64,000 nucleotides of DNA from an uncultured Methanosarcinales archaeon (GTDB lineage: Archaea > Nanobdellota > Nanobdellia > Woesearchaeales > CAXGTL01). The DNA is taken from NCBI GenBank assembly GCA_964535955.1, contig CAZHVK010000004.1:6222-70221 (forward strand), given 5' to 3'. Below are positions 16,887 to 26,609 of this stretch, one piece after another (position 1 is the stretch's first letter; each line of letters begins with the position of its first letter). The notes under the pieces were generated by a model. The model was given only the letters and a program-made list of their open reading frames with translations, did no database searches and was not told where the DNA came from. The translations under genes were made by a program, and so were the position numbers.

Positions 16887-18179
16887 TCATATTTTAACCT
16901 TTCTAACTTCTTCACCTTTCAAATGAAAACAAGTAACACTATTAACCCTAACCCTAACAACATCACCTAATTCATAATCACCTTTTACAACTATAGGCCT
17001 ATATGCATAATTCCTTCCAACAAAAGTAGCCTCACCACCAATATCTTTACCAATATCATCAATTATGATATCTCCAACCCAATTATACCATTTCTCATTT
17101 ACCATTAAACCAATATTCTTAAACAAATCAAATAAATAGGAAGAACGTTTCTTGATATCAGCACCAGAAACCTTTTTCTTCATTCTAGCAGCTTTTGTAC
17201 CACTTCTTTGCCAATACTTAGAAATATTAATAATATCAGGATTCAACCAACGAACCAATCCAATTGTATCATTGAACTGAGACTCTGTTTCAGAAGGAAA
17301 CCCGCATATTATATCAGTTGCTATTGTTATTTCTGGAATTGCTTTTCTAAATGCACTCACAACAAACTTAAAATCATCAACAGCATACTTACGATTCATC
17401 TTAACTAAAACTTCATTATTACCAGATTGAATAGGAATATGCAAAAACTTAAACATCTTTTCGTTTTTGTATATGTCGATAAGAGGGTTTAAATGTTTCA
17501 AAACATGATTAGGGTTAATCATACCAAGCCTTATCTTAAAATCACCATGAATAGCAACTAATTGCCTTAACAATCTCGGTAAAGGAAAATCTATATCATA
17601 ACCATAAGCACCAGTATCTTGCGCAGTTATCCATATTTCTTTTACACCAGACTTAACAGCATGTGTTGCCTGCCTAACAATAGTATCAGGATCATATGAT
17701 ACTAAATGACCTCTAGCCTTTTTAACAATACAATAAGCACATGCACCTAAACAACCAGCACATATAGGAATGATTTCCACTACCTTATTCCTCCGAATCT
17801 TAGGTAAATTCAATCGAGGATTCTTATCATCAGCTATCAAATGCACAATATGATCATTAATAGTTTCTTCAACAACAGAAACAATATTACAAACTTGTTT
17901 AGGTGATATCATTGAATACTTTAAAAGCTGTTTAGGACTAGTCTTTGTAATACATCCTGCAACAATAACCATCTTACCAAGATTATTAACATTGTCTATG
18001 TACTTAAGTGCATTTGTTTCACTTGGGCCTTTAACTACGCATGTATTGACAATAACAACATCACAAGAATCTACAGAATCAACAATCACAAACTCTGCAT
18101 CAGCTAACAAACCAGCCATAACTTCTGAATCAGACCTATTAACACTACATCCAAATGTTTTTATGAATATTTTTGACAT
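16887..18179 (-). CDS. mtaB: tRNA methylthiotransferase (MiaB/MtaB family, radical SAM; e-MtaB type)
   Basis: N-terminal MTTase domain (FGCSVN...NTCVV), radical SAM CAGCLGACAYC (CxxxCxxC), C-terminal TRAM-like domain. Confidence 0.8.
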   Translation of the reverse strand: MSKIFIKTFGCSVNRSDSEVMAGLLADAEFVIVDSVDSCDVVIVNTCVVKGPSETNALKYIDNVNNLGKMVIVAGCITKTSPKQLLKYSMISPKQVCNIVSVVEETINDHIVHLIADDKNPRLNLPKIRRNKVVEIIPICAGCLGACAYCIVKKARGHLVSYDPDTIVRQATHAVKSGVKEIWITAQDTGAYGYDIDFPLPRLLRQLVAIHGDFKIRLGMINPNHVLKHLNPLIDIYKNEKMFKFLHIPIQSGNNEVLVKMNRKYAVDDFKFVVSAFRKAIPEITIATDIICGFPSETESQFNDTIGLVRWLNPDIINISKYWQRSGTKAARMKKKVSGADIKKRSSYLFDLFKNIGLMVNEKWYNWVGDIIIDDIGKDIGGEATFVGRNYAYRPIVVKGDYELGDVVRVRVNSVTCFHLKGEEVRKVKI

Positions 18180-18293
18180 AAATAAGTAAGAAAAGGCAAC
18201 AAAATATAAAACTTACCACAAAAACCCCAACCTTTAAATACCACAAAATCATAAAAACTCATATAGCAAACACTTTTACAGGGGGTGTATGAT

Positions 18294-18617
18294 ATGGATG
18301 AAAACACAGAAAACCAAGAAACATTAAAACTAGGTGGTAATATTGAACTTTCAGGCTTTAGATCATTGAATGGCGGCCAAATGATTATTCTTAAAAAAAT
18401 GGTTGGTAATTATGCAAGAAGATTAGCAGACAGATCATCAAATTTTGAATTACTCCATCTTCATATGAAAACAGTACATGAACGAGAAACATCAGAATTA
18501 TTTGAAATACACGGCAAATTAATAGACAATGGTAAACATTCAATATCTAAGGTAACAGAGCGTAATGTGTTTGTAGCAGTTGATTCTGCATTAAAAAAAC
18601 TAGAAGAGCAAGGATAA
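18294..18617 (+). CDS. Small protein with RaiA/HPF-like (ribosome hibernation factor) resemblance
   Basis: About 108 aa; IILKKMVGNYARRLADR ... VFVAVDSALKKLEEQ resembles the RaiA pattern (ITPAIRQHVADRLAKL ... MYTAINELINKLERQ). ATG at 18294 with RBS GGGGGTG (the track's 18285 is a GTG). Confidence 0.4.
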   Translation: MDENTENQETLKLGGNIELSGFRSLNGGQMIILKKMVGNYARRLADRSSNFELLHLHMKTVHERETSELFEIHGKLIDNGKHSISKVTERNVFVAVDSALKKLEEQG

Positions 18618-18618
18618 T

Positions 18619-18903
18619 ATGGTAGCTGAACTAAATACAACAATTGGATTATTAGAGCCAATTATAGGACCTATCACACAACTTGTTGATATTGTACAAT
18701 ACATTGTTGGTGGTATATTTGGACTTTATCTTATTCTAGTCATACTAAGATGGCATGAATCAAGAAGACTAGCTAATTTAATGAGAGATGTAAAAGCTGA
18801 ACTAAAAGCTTTAAACAAACATTTTGGTGTTAAGGTTAAGAAAACTAAAACACAAAAAGAGATTAGCAAATTAAAAAGATTTTTTAGAAAGAAAAGATCA
18901 TAA
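18619..18903 (+). CDS. Small membrane protein (94 aa), hypothetical
   Basis: One hydrophobic helix then a K/R-rich tail; overlaps the stop of the previous gene. Confidence 0.4.
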   Translation: MVAELNTTIGLLEPIIGPITQLVDIVQYIVGGIFGLYLILVILRWHESRRLANLMRDVKAELKALNKHFGVKVKKTKTQKEISKLKRFFRKKRS

Positions 18904-18924
18904 TTTTTCTTATTTTTATTTAAT

Positions 18925-19087
18925 ATGTGCATGGTGTCCTTCATAAATCGGAGATTTATGATCGTGCTCAGAAATGCTCTGCATTTCTGACATGTAAGAC
19001 CAGTGAGCACATCTCAGATTGTACAACGATCAGGGCTTTCCAAACAAGATAACTAATACATGGAAAGTGCGAACGAACCATGCACAT
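18925..19087 (+). ncRNA. Structured repeat element copy 2 (163 nt), 48 nt upstream of argS on the same strand
   Basis: Same closing helix atgtgcatgg/ccatgcacat and hairpins as copy 1. Loops differ, and one stem carries a compensatory swap (tcataaatc/gatttatga vs tcataaatgc/gcatttatga). Confidence 0.5.
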
Positions 19088-19135
19088 ACCTTTTTTAATA
19101 ACTTTTATAAACACCCAACACTTAACTATCTAAAT

Positions 19136-20839
19136 ATGGACTTTAAACAAAACATTATTGATGAAATAAAGAAAATAACAAAAGCAGAAACAGTAAAAGT
19201 AGAGATCCCTCCAGACAGAAAATTAGGTGACTATGCAATACCTTGTTTCCAATTCTCAAAATCATTAAAAAAAGATCCAAAAAGAATATCACAATATCTA
19301 AAATCAGAATTAAAAAACAAAATAAAAGGAATAAAAGAAATAAAAGTAATTGGTCCATACTTAAACTTCTTTGTTGACAAAACAATTTTAACAGAAAATA
19401 TATTAAAAGAGATTAATAAGGAAAAAGAAAAGTTTGGGATACAAAAAAAAACAAAACCAATAGTATATCTAATGGATGTTTTTCAGCCAAATACCCATAA
19501 AGCATTTCATATAGGACATATTAGAAATGCTGTTTTAGGAGAATCAGTAAGAAAATTATTAATTGCATCTGGTGATAAAGCAATTGCAGTCTCATACATG
19601 GGCGATGTTGGTGCTCATGTTGCAAAATGGATTTGGTACTTTAACAAATTCTATAAAGGAGACATTCCCAAAGAGAATATCAGTAAATGGGCTGGTTCTA
19701 TCTACACAAAAGCTACTCAAGAATCTCAAGATTCTGAAATTTATCAACAAGAAATACATGATGTTCATATAAGACTAGAAAATGGTGAAGAAAAATTAGT
19801 TAAACTATGGGAAAAAACAAGAAAATTGTGTTTAGACGATCTTTGGAAAATTCAAAAACAATTAGGTGTACATTTAGATGGACATATTTTTGAAAGTGAA
19901 GTTGAAAAACCTGGTAAGGAAATAGTAAATGATTTAATTAAAAAAGGAATTGCAGAAGAAAGTGAAGGCGCAATTGGAATTGATCTTAAAAAACAAAAAC
20001 TTGGTTTTTTCTTATTATTAAAAAGCAATGGTGCTAGTTTATATTCTACAAAAGATTTTGGATTAGCAGAATTAAAAAATAAAAAATACAAATTTGATAA
20101 GTCTTTGTATGTAGTTGCAACAGAACAAAACTTTTATTTTCAACAGTTATTTGCAGCACTAAAATTAATAAAACATCCAACTTCTGACAAAAATGTCCAT
20201 CTTAGTTATGGTTTAGTCATGCTTAAAGAAGGCAAAATGTCATCAAGAGCAGGAAACATAGTTCTTTATGAAGATCTAAGAGATCAGATGTTAGATAAAG
20301 CAATGCAGGAAGTAAACAAAAGACACAAAGATTGGGATAAAAAAAGAAGACAAGAATCAGCAAACAAAGTAGCATATTCTGCAATGAAGTTTGTCATGCT
20401 TAAGTATGATAGTATTAAAATCATTTCTTTTGACATAAATGAAGCAATGGATTTTGAAGGAGAAACAGGCCCATACATACAATATTCTCATGCAAGAATC
20501 TGCTCAATACTAAGAAAAGCAATTGGTAAGGAATTGAAACCAAACATAAAGATAGACTTTACTTTACTTAAAGAAGAATCTGAACACAAACTAATAACAA
20601 TATTATCAAACTTCCAAAACATTATCATAGACTCAGCAAACCATTACAAACCATCTATATTATGCAGATATCTGTTAGATCTAGCACAAGCATTTAATGA
20701 GTTTTATCATCAATGTGTTGTAGTAGACAAAGATAATATAGAACTTAGCAAATCAAGATTATTATTAGTTGACAGTGTAAGACAAGTTATTAAGAATGGA
20801 CTACTCCTTCTAGGTATTGAAGCTCCTATTGAAATGTAA
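19136..20839 (+). CDS. argS: Arginyl-tRNA synthetase
   Basis: Class I HIGH-type motif (PNTHKAFHIGHIRNA), KMSK-like MSSRAGN, C-terminal DALR anticodon-binding domain. Start is the ATG at 19136 (MDFKQNIIDEIKK); the track's extension to 19019 overlaps the repeat element. Confidence 0.9.
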   Translation: MDFKQNIIDEIKKITKAETVKVEIPPDRKLGDYAIPCFQFSKSLKKDPKRISQYLKSELKNKIKGIKEIKVIGPYLNFFVDKTILTENILKEINKEKEKFGIQKKTKPIVYLMDVFQPNTHKAFHIGHIRNAVLGESVRKLLIASGDKAIAVSYMGDVGAHVAKWIWYFNKFYKGDIPKENISKWAGSIYTKATQESQDSEIYQQEIHDVHIRLENGEEKLVKLWEKTRKLCLDDLWKIQKQLGVHLDGHIFESEVEKPGKEIVNDLIKKGIAEESEGAIGIDLKKQKLGFFLLLKSNGASLYSTKDFGLAELKNKKYKFDKSLYVVATEQNFYFQQLFAALKLIKHPTSDKNVHLSYGLVMLKEGKMSSRAGNIVLYEDLRDQMLDKAMQEVNKRHKDWDKKRRQESANKVAYSAMKFVMLKYDSIKIISFDINEAMDFEGETGPYIQYSHARICSILRKAIGKELKPNIKIDFTLLKEESEHKLITILSNFQNIIIDSANHYKPSILCRYLLDLAQAFNEFYHQCVVVDKDNIELSKSRLLLVDSVRQVIKNGLLLLGIEAPIEM

Positions 20840-21178
20840 TCAAGCAATCTTCTTATCTACATCACAATTATTTTCCCTAATCATGCTAACCAAGCCTTTA
20901 TAATTATTATTCTTATTTTTATTATATTTATAATCATTCTCAAATTTCACTTTAAAACATTCTTCACAATAATCCTCAGGCACTCCTGAATATAAAGGTG
21001 TACCAGCACCACTATAAGTTACATCAATACCTTCAAAAAACTCTTTATCTTTTAATATTTTATCTAGATCTAAAGGATATATTCTGACTAAAAATTTTAC
21101 ATCATTTATTGTAAGTTTTCCATATACTAATTCCAATGCAATTCCAGTTTCACAAATATGGTCTATAGATTCTGTCAT
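20840..21178 (-). CDS. Hypothetical protein (112 aa), convergent with argS with zero spacing
   Basis: Intact ORF; no motif recognised. Confidence 0.45.
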   Translation of the reverse strand: MTESIDHICETGIALELVYGKLTINDVKFLVRIYPLDLDKILKDKEFFEGIDVTYSGAGTPLYSGVPEDYCEECFKVKFENDYKYNKNKNNNYKGLVSMIRENNCDVDKKIA

Positions 21179-21290
21179 ACTTATTATAGTCTATTTTATG
21201 CTATTTAAATTAGATGTATTTAGAACATATACTCATATGGAAATAAAACATGTATTAGTAGAAAATATTACAAAAAAAGAATAAAAATAC

Positions 21291-23081
21291 CTACCTTGTA
21301 GGTCTATAACTTCTAGGTGATCTTGCTTTTGGTGCTTTATCAGCTTTAATCAATCTTTCTAAACCATTAAAAGCAGCATTTATTTCAGCAACATCTCCAC
21401 CATTTTGTTTATACTTTGACAAAGTATTAACTAATTTATCAATTATTTTGTTTTTGTCTTCTCTATCTTGCTTGTACAAATCCATCAATGTCTTTATTTG
21501 TTGTTCATATGCTCTTTGCATATCTAATTGTGATTGTGGATTATATTTACAACCAGGTTGAACAGCTCCTTGTTCAGGTGCTTGTGGTTCTTCAGGTTGT
21601 GCTTCTGGTTTTGCTTCAGGCTTTGCTTCTGGTGTCATTTCTGGTGTCACTTTTTGTCCATCTACATATACATTATTTACAATTGTTAATTGACTATCTT
21701 CAGCATTACCTTCGCCTGCTCCAACATCTTGGCCACTTCTTTCATAATCACTGATATCTTCAATTGTTTCTTTTACTTCTTGCCTTGAGTCTTCTATCTT
21801 GATTATTTCTTCTTCATGATAACCTAATGCCTCATCAACTTCTTCAAAATATACATCTACAACTTTTTCCACTGTTTTACCTTTTCCTGCTACAGAATCA
21901 TGGTCTTTACCAGTTTCTTTATAACAGCTAGTTGCACAAGATGATAAACCTATTAATGAACCTAGTGCTAATATTAATGCACTTATTTTAATACCTTTAC
22001 AAAATCTAGGATAACGATTTCTGATGTATTTAATTATTCCACCATCATCTCCATTACCACCATTACCATCTTTAATTGGTATTGGCATTTTCTTTTTATC
22101 AGTATATTTCTGTGAATCTTTAGCTTTTTCAACATCTACTGGCATTTTATTAGGCATTGGTGTTTTAACTTTACCTTTTACATCTTCTTTACTATGAGTA
22201 TCACTACCATCCCCACGAATTAATCCATATTCTTTTGCTTTTTGTTTCCAAAAAGAATCACCTGAAGCACCTACTACTTTTTCTATGTATGTTTTTTCTT
22301 TATTATCTTTATCTCTTTTCTTTATTGTTTCTTTAATCTCATCTACTTGTTCTTTGACATCTGGAAATACTTCTGTATCTTTATCTTTTTCTTCTGTCTT
22401 TCCATCTGTTTTTGCTTTTTTAGTACCTTTCATATCAATATTAGCAATTTTCTCTGATAATTCTTCACGTTGAGCTTTTCTTGTGCCAGTGTCTTTTTTA
22501 TCTTTTATATCTTTTTCTTTTTGTTGTTTCTTTCTTTCTTTTCTTTCTTTATCTCTTTGTTTTTGTTTTTCTTCTCTTTGTTTTCTTTCTTTTTCTCTTT
22601 TCTTCTTATTTTCTTCCCTTTTCTTCTTTTCTTGCTCTCTTTTCTTTTTATCTTCTTCAGCTTTCTTCTTATCTTGATCTTGTTTTGCTTTTTCAGCTTC
22701 TTTAGTTTTTGTCTTTTCAGTTTCTTTAGTATCTTTACCTTTTGCTTTTACTTGTTTTTCTGTTTCTAACTTTGCTTTATAGAAATCAACAAAATCACCT
22801 GGTTCTTGTTTTGCTCCTAACAAACCTGTTACATATTTATGATATTCATCATCTAATGATTCTCTAAGATCAAAATATTCTTCAAATGAACATTTTTTAA
22901 TTTCAGAACGATATTTGTTCCATTCTTGAACTCTATCTTCATATTTTTCATCAACTGCATTGTGGTCAATTGGATTTTGGTCAGCAATTTCTTCAAGTTT
23001 TTTTTGATTTTTAACATCTTCAAGTTTTTCTATTAATTCTTCTCCTTGTGATTTAGATTTTGTTTGATTGTTTTCAGTCAT
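21291..23081 (-). CDS. Membrane-anchored KE-rich/PEAK-repeat protein, paralog of the collagen-like protein
   Basis: Lys/Glu low-complexity block (KKREQEKKKREENKKKREKERKQREEKQKQRDKERKERKK), a TM helix (ALILALGSLIGL), then SCATSCYKETGKDH...DSRQEVKETIEDISDYER shared with 23222..24412, and PEAKPEAKPEAQPE repeats. Confidence 0.6.
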   Translation of the reverse strand: MTENNQTKSKSQGEELIEKLEDVKNQKKLEEIADQNPIDHNAVDEKYEDRVQEWNKYRSEIKKCSFEEYFDLRESLDDEYHKYVTGLLGAKQEPGDFVDFYKAKLETEKQVKAKGKDTKETEKTKTKEAEKAKQDQDKKKAEEDKKKREQEKKKREENKKKREKERKQREEKQKQRDKERKERKKQQKEKDIKDKKDTGTRKAQREELSEKIANIDMKGTKKAKTDGKTEEKDKDTEVFPDVKEQVDEIKETIKKRDKDNKEKTYIEKVVGASGDSFWKQKAKEYGLIRGDGSDTHSKEDVKGKVKTPMPNKMPVDVEKAKDSQKYTDKKKMPIPIKDGNGGNGDDGGIIKYIRNRYPRFCKGIKISALILALGSLIGLSSCATSCYKETGKDHDSVAGKGKTVEKVVDVYFEEVDEALGYHEEEIIKIEDSRQEVKETIEDISDYERSGQDVGAGEGNAEDSQLTIVNNVYVDGQKVTPEMTPEAKPEAKPEAQPEEPQAPEQGAVQPGCKYNPQSQLDMQRAYEQQIKTLMDLYKQDREDKNKIIDKLVNTLSKYKQNGGDVAEINAAFNGLERLIKADKAPKARSPRSYRPTR

Positions 23082-23221
23082 AAGACAACCCTCCTATAGT
23101 GGTTTTTTATATATAATAATATATAAAGAGAAATAACTTATTGTTTATAAATGTTTCGGAAAATTAACCATTATTAAGTGATAACACAACCTTAAATTAT
23201 GAATTTACCTAGTACAAGCCT

Positions 23222-24412
23222 TTATTCAGTATAATGGTCTGTTTTTACTTTTTTACCATCTATATATATATTATTGATTACTTTGAGTCTATTTTGTTTA
23301 TTGCCTTTTTTACCTGGTTTTCCATTACCTTTGACTGGTTTGTCATCATCATCTCTTTCATAATCAGCAATATCTTCAATTGTTTTCCTTACTCCTTGTC
23401 TTGAATCACCAATCTTATCTATTTGGTCATTGTGAAAATCTAATGCACCATCTACTGATCTAAAGTATTTCTTAACTTTTCTTTCAACTTTTTTACCTTC
23501 TCTTGCTACATAAGCATGATCTTTGCTAGTTTCTTTATAACAACTGGTTGCATAACATGAAAGTCCTACTAATAATGCTAATGCTAGTAATCCTGTTCCT
23601 ATTTTTGCTGTTTTATACAAACAAGGATATTGATTTTTGATGTATGCAAAGAGTCCTTTGTTATCTTTATCTTTTTTATCATCATCATTAGGTCTATATG
23701 GTCCAATTGGTCCTGGTAGTCCTTGTTCTCCTTGAATTCCTTGTGGCCCTTGTATTCCTTTTTCTCCAGGCTCTCCGTCCTTACCATCTACTCCAGACTT
23801 ACCATCTACTCCTGGCTTTCCATCTACCCCATGCTTTCCATCTACTCCTTGTTTTCCATCTACCCCTGGCTTTCCATCTTCTCCATCTTTTCCATCTACT
23901 CCATGCTTTCCATCTATTCCAGGTTCCCCTTTTTCTCCAGGTACCCCAGGATTTCCATCTACTCCTGGCTTTCCATCTATTCCAGGCTCTCCATCTTTTC
24001 CATCTGCCCCAGACTTTCCATCTATTCCAGGCTCTCCGTCCTTTCCATCTACTCCAGGTTTTCCATCTTTTCCTTTTTTACCTCTTGGTCCTGTTTTTCC
24101 AGGCTCCCCTTGTTCTCCTTGTGCTCCTGGATCTCCTTTAATACCAATTCTATTAATACCATCTTTATACAAACAAACAACAATTGATCCTAATGAATCA
24201 CGAAGTAATTTTCTATCTTGTAATTTTTTTTCTTTAATAACTTCATTAGCAAAATATTCAGGAACATGTGCTCTTTGAAAGATATCTACTTCATCTTGAG
24301 TAAATAAACCACTATACTTTGGTTGTTTTGTTTGTTTTTTAGAATCATCAATCCATTTATCTACTTTATCATCTAATGCTATTTTAAAATATTCTATTGT
24401 ATCTTCAGTCAT
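23222..24412 (-). CDS. Collagen-like triple-helix repeat membrane protein
   Basis: 50 uninterrupted Gly-X-Y triplets (GIKGDPGAQGEQGEPGKTGPRGKKGKDGKPGVDG...GLPGPIGPY), then a TM helix (LLALALLVGL) and a C-terminal SCYATSCYKETSKDH...DSRQGVRKTIEDIADYER module. Confidence 0.65.
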   Translation of the reverse strand: MTEDTIEYFKIALDDKVDKWIDDSKKQTKQPKYSGLFTQDEVDIFQRAHVPEYFANEVIKEKKLQDRKLLRDSLGSIVVCLYKDGINRIGIKGDPGAQGEQGEPGKTGPRGKKGKDGKPGVDGKDGEPGIDGKSGADGKDGEPGIDGKPGVDGNPGVPGEKGEPGIDGKHGVDGKDGEDGKPGVDGKQGVDGKHGVDGKPGVDGKSGVDGKDGEPGEKGIQGPQGIQGEQGLPGPIGPYRPNDDDKKDKDNKGLFAYIKNQYPCLYKTAKIGTGLLALALLVGLSCYATSCYKETSKDHAYVAREGKKVERKVKKYFRSVDGALDFHNDQIDKIGDSRQGVRKTIEDIADYERDDDDKPVKGNGKPGKKGNKQNRLKVINNIYIDGKKVKTDHYTE

Positions 24413-24512
24413 ATTTCATCCCCCTATCATAATTTAATAATAATATTTGAAATAGAAATATATAATTATATATAAATGTTTAGGTAAATTTACTACAAAA
24501 AAATAGTAAAAA

Positions 24513-24758
24513 CTAGTGTAAATAACGTCTCAAACCAACACCATCACAGAACAATACATCTATGCCATCAGCATGCAAAACACCATCTTTGATCTCATAT
24601 GTATCATCAACAGCATCTTGTGCATATTTTGAAACATTGTCTTTCATATAATCTAGAAATTCTCCATAATTATTTCCAATAGTATCTTCTATATGTTTTG
24701 GTTTAATATTAATTAAGTCAATTGAATACATAAAATCCCCCCTTTTTTCAGTTATCAA
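24513..24758 (-). CDS. Small hypothetical protein (about 70-81 aa)
   Basis: Intact ORF; start ambiguous (M1 or M10). Confidence 0.35.
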   Translation of the reverse strand: MITEKRGDFMYSIDLINIKPKHIEDTIGNNYGEFLDYMKDNVSKYAQDAVDDTYEIKDGVLHADGIDVLFCDGVGLRRYLH

Positions 24759-24968
24759 ATATAACTTAAATATATTTGTATATTTCAGTAAACACCCTAT
24801 TTAAAGGTGTGCTGTCACTAATTGGTAGAAAAAGACAAAAGATTTATATATTATTTAAACTTTCTTTATAACTAGTTGGTGACATATTTCAAAATTCATA
24901 AAAATTGGTGATTTCTAGATAAATAAAATAGAAAAATATATAAACTAGTATATCAATTAGTATACTAG

Positions 24969-26519
24969 ATGTGGTTTAAATTCACTATGCCAAAGAATAG
25001 AAAAGGAAAAGTACAAGATATTTACAGTATTAGTCAGTCTAGACTAGATGATATTCTAACAGAACTTAGTAAAGATGAAACAACAGACAATACAAAGACA
25101 AAGATCTGCAAAGATCATTTAGGAGATTTGATTGATTGGAAACATAAAGAAGCAGGAATTTGTCCGATTTATAATGAAGTAAAATTTTCTAAAGATTGTG
25201 ACCAAGAAGCTGTTAGAACATTTTATGCAAAATTAGGCTTAAAACCAGCAAACACATTTTTAGAAGAATTAAGATATGAAATAAATGATTATTCAATTGG
25301 CCATCTTTTGGTTGTTTCTCCTGAAAATTATTTATTATTACATGAAAGTTTGGAGCAGATGGGAAGTGACATAAGCAAGTACACAAATCTTAAAGTAAAA
25401 GGTTCTGGAATCTTTTTTGAATCTCTTGACCCTGGTAAAGAAATCCAAGTAGGAGCTGTAAAATGGAATGTAGGACAATTAGTTAAACATTTTTTAAATA
25501 AATATGCTTCATATTTCATAAACAACCTAAGCCCTGCAAAATTTGAAGACAAATTAGAGTTTGTTTCAGACTTAAATGCAATATTAGATTATCTAATCAC
25601 TACATTAGGTTATAATGATAAGATATTTGTTGATGCAGGTGAACTAGTAAATGTAAAAGACAATTTACTTGAGTCATACCAAAACATGGAAGAAAAACAT
25701 AAACAAGATTTTAAACTGATTGAACTAGGTATATCAAAATATTGTAATGGAGGTCCTATCATACCTAAAAAATATATGATCAAAATAAATGATCCTTGCA
25801 TATTACTTGACAAAATAAGAAAAGAGATGATTTATCTTAGATCAAAAGTATCAGAATCACTTGCATCTAAGAAAAGCGTAAAACCAAAGTCATTAGATGA
25901 AGCTTTGCATGAAAAACTAAGACAAGAAGAAGAAAAAAGTGCAATAAGATTTAATAAAAAACAATCACAAAAGCACAAAACAGCATACAATAATAATATT
26001 TTAACTCAACAACCAGCATATCATACACAAGGAATTGCAAATACAGTTGCAATGGAATTTTTCAGATTACCAAAAGATCAAAGAGAACCCATATTAGATT
26101 TAATAAACAAGCAACTTAAACATGTTTTCAAAGAAAATTATGAAAATCTTGAATTTTATCCTGATCATTATTCAAATATAACAAACTTTACATTAAAATA
26201 CCTTGGAGCATTAGTTGTAACTGCTAATTTTTATAAGAAAAAAAATAATGTAGTAGGAGAAATTAATTATAGAAAATTATTAGAACATGAAATCAATAAA
26301 AATCCTAATATCTTTTTTGGAGATTTTACAAAAACACCAAAAGACCCAAAAGATCTATTAAGATTAGCTTTAACAGGATTAAAACAACATGATAGGTCAG
26401 TTAATTTATCACAAGTACAGGAATCATATAAAACATTAAGCACACCAGCTGCAACAGGTGATGTTGATTCAATGTTAGCAGATTATTACAAAGAAAAACA
26501 ACTTAGTAAACATAGATAA
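24969..26519 (+). CDS. Hypothetical protein (516 aa)
   Basis: Intact ORF preceded by direct repeats and an inverted repeat in its promoter region; no motif recognised. Confidence 0.5.
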   Translation: MWFKFTMPKNRKGKVQDIYSISQSRLDDILTELSKDETTDNTKTKICKDHLGDLIDWKHKEAGICPIYNEVKFSKDCDQEAVRTFYAKLGLKPANTFLEELRYEINDYSIGHLLVVSPENYLLLHESLEQMGSDISKYTNLKVKGSGIFFESLDPGKEIQVGAVKWNVGQLVKHFLNKYASYFINNLSPAKFEDKLEFVSDLNAILDYLITTLGYNDKIFVDAGELVNVKDNLLESYQNMEEKHKQDFKLIELGISKYCNGGPIIPKKYMIKINDPCILLDKIRKEMIYLRSKVSESLASKKSVKPKSLDEALHEKLRQEEEKSAIRFNKKQSQKHKTAYNNNILTQQPAYHTQGIANTVAMEFFRLPKDQREPILDLINKQLKHVFKENYENLEFYPDHYSNITNFTLKYLGALVVTANFYKKKNNVVGEINYRKLLEHEINKNPNIFFGDFTKTPKDPKDLLRLALTGLKQHDRSVNLSQVQESYKTLSTPAATGDVDSMLADYYKEKQLSKHR

Positions 26520-26609
26520 TACTCAAATCAATTAAATACCAATAAAAATAATCAAATAACAATCAAAAAAACTATATTTTTATAAACAAAACAACTTCTA
26601 CCTACAATA

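Noticed and set aside
19040-19087. RNase P RNA CR-I-like stretch GGAAAGUGCGAACGAACC in the repeat elements.
   Set aside because: Only a 7-nt resemblance to GGAAAGUCCGGGC. The elements are too short, present in multiple copies, and lack CR-IV and CR-V.
20839-20840. Convergent genes argS and 20840..21178 abutting with zero spacing.
   Set aside because: Common in compact genomes; there is no room for a terminator, but it is not in itself notable.
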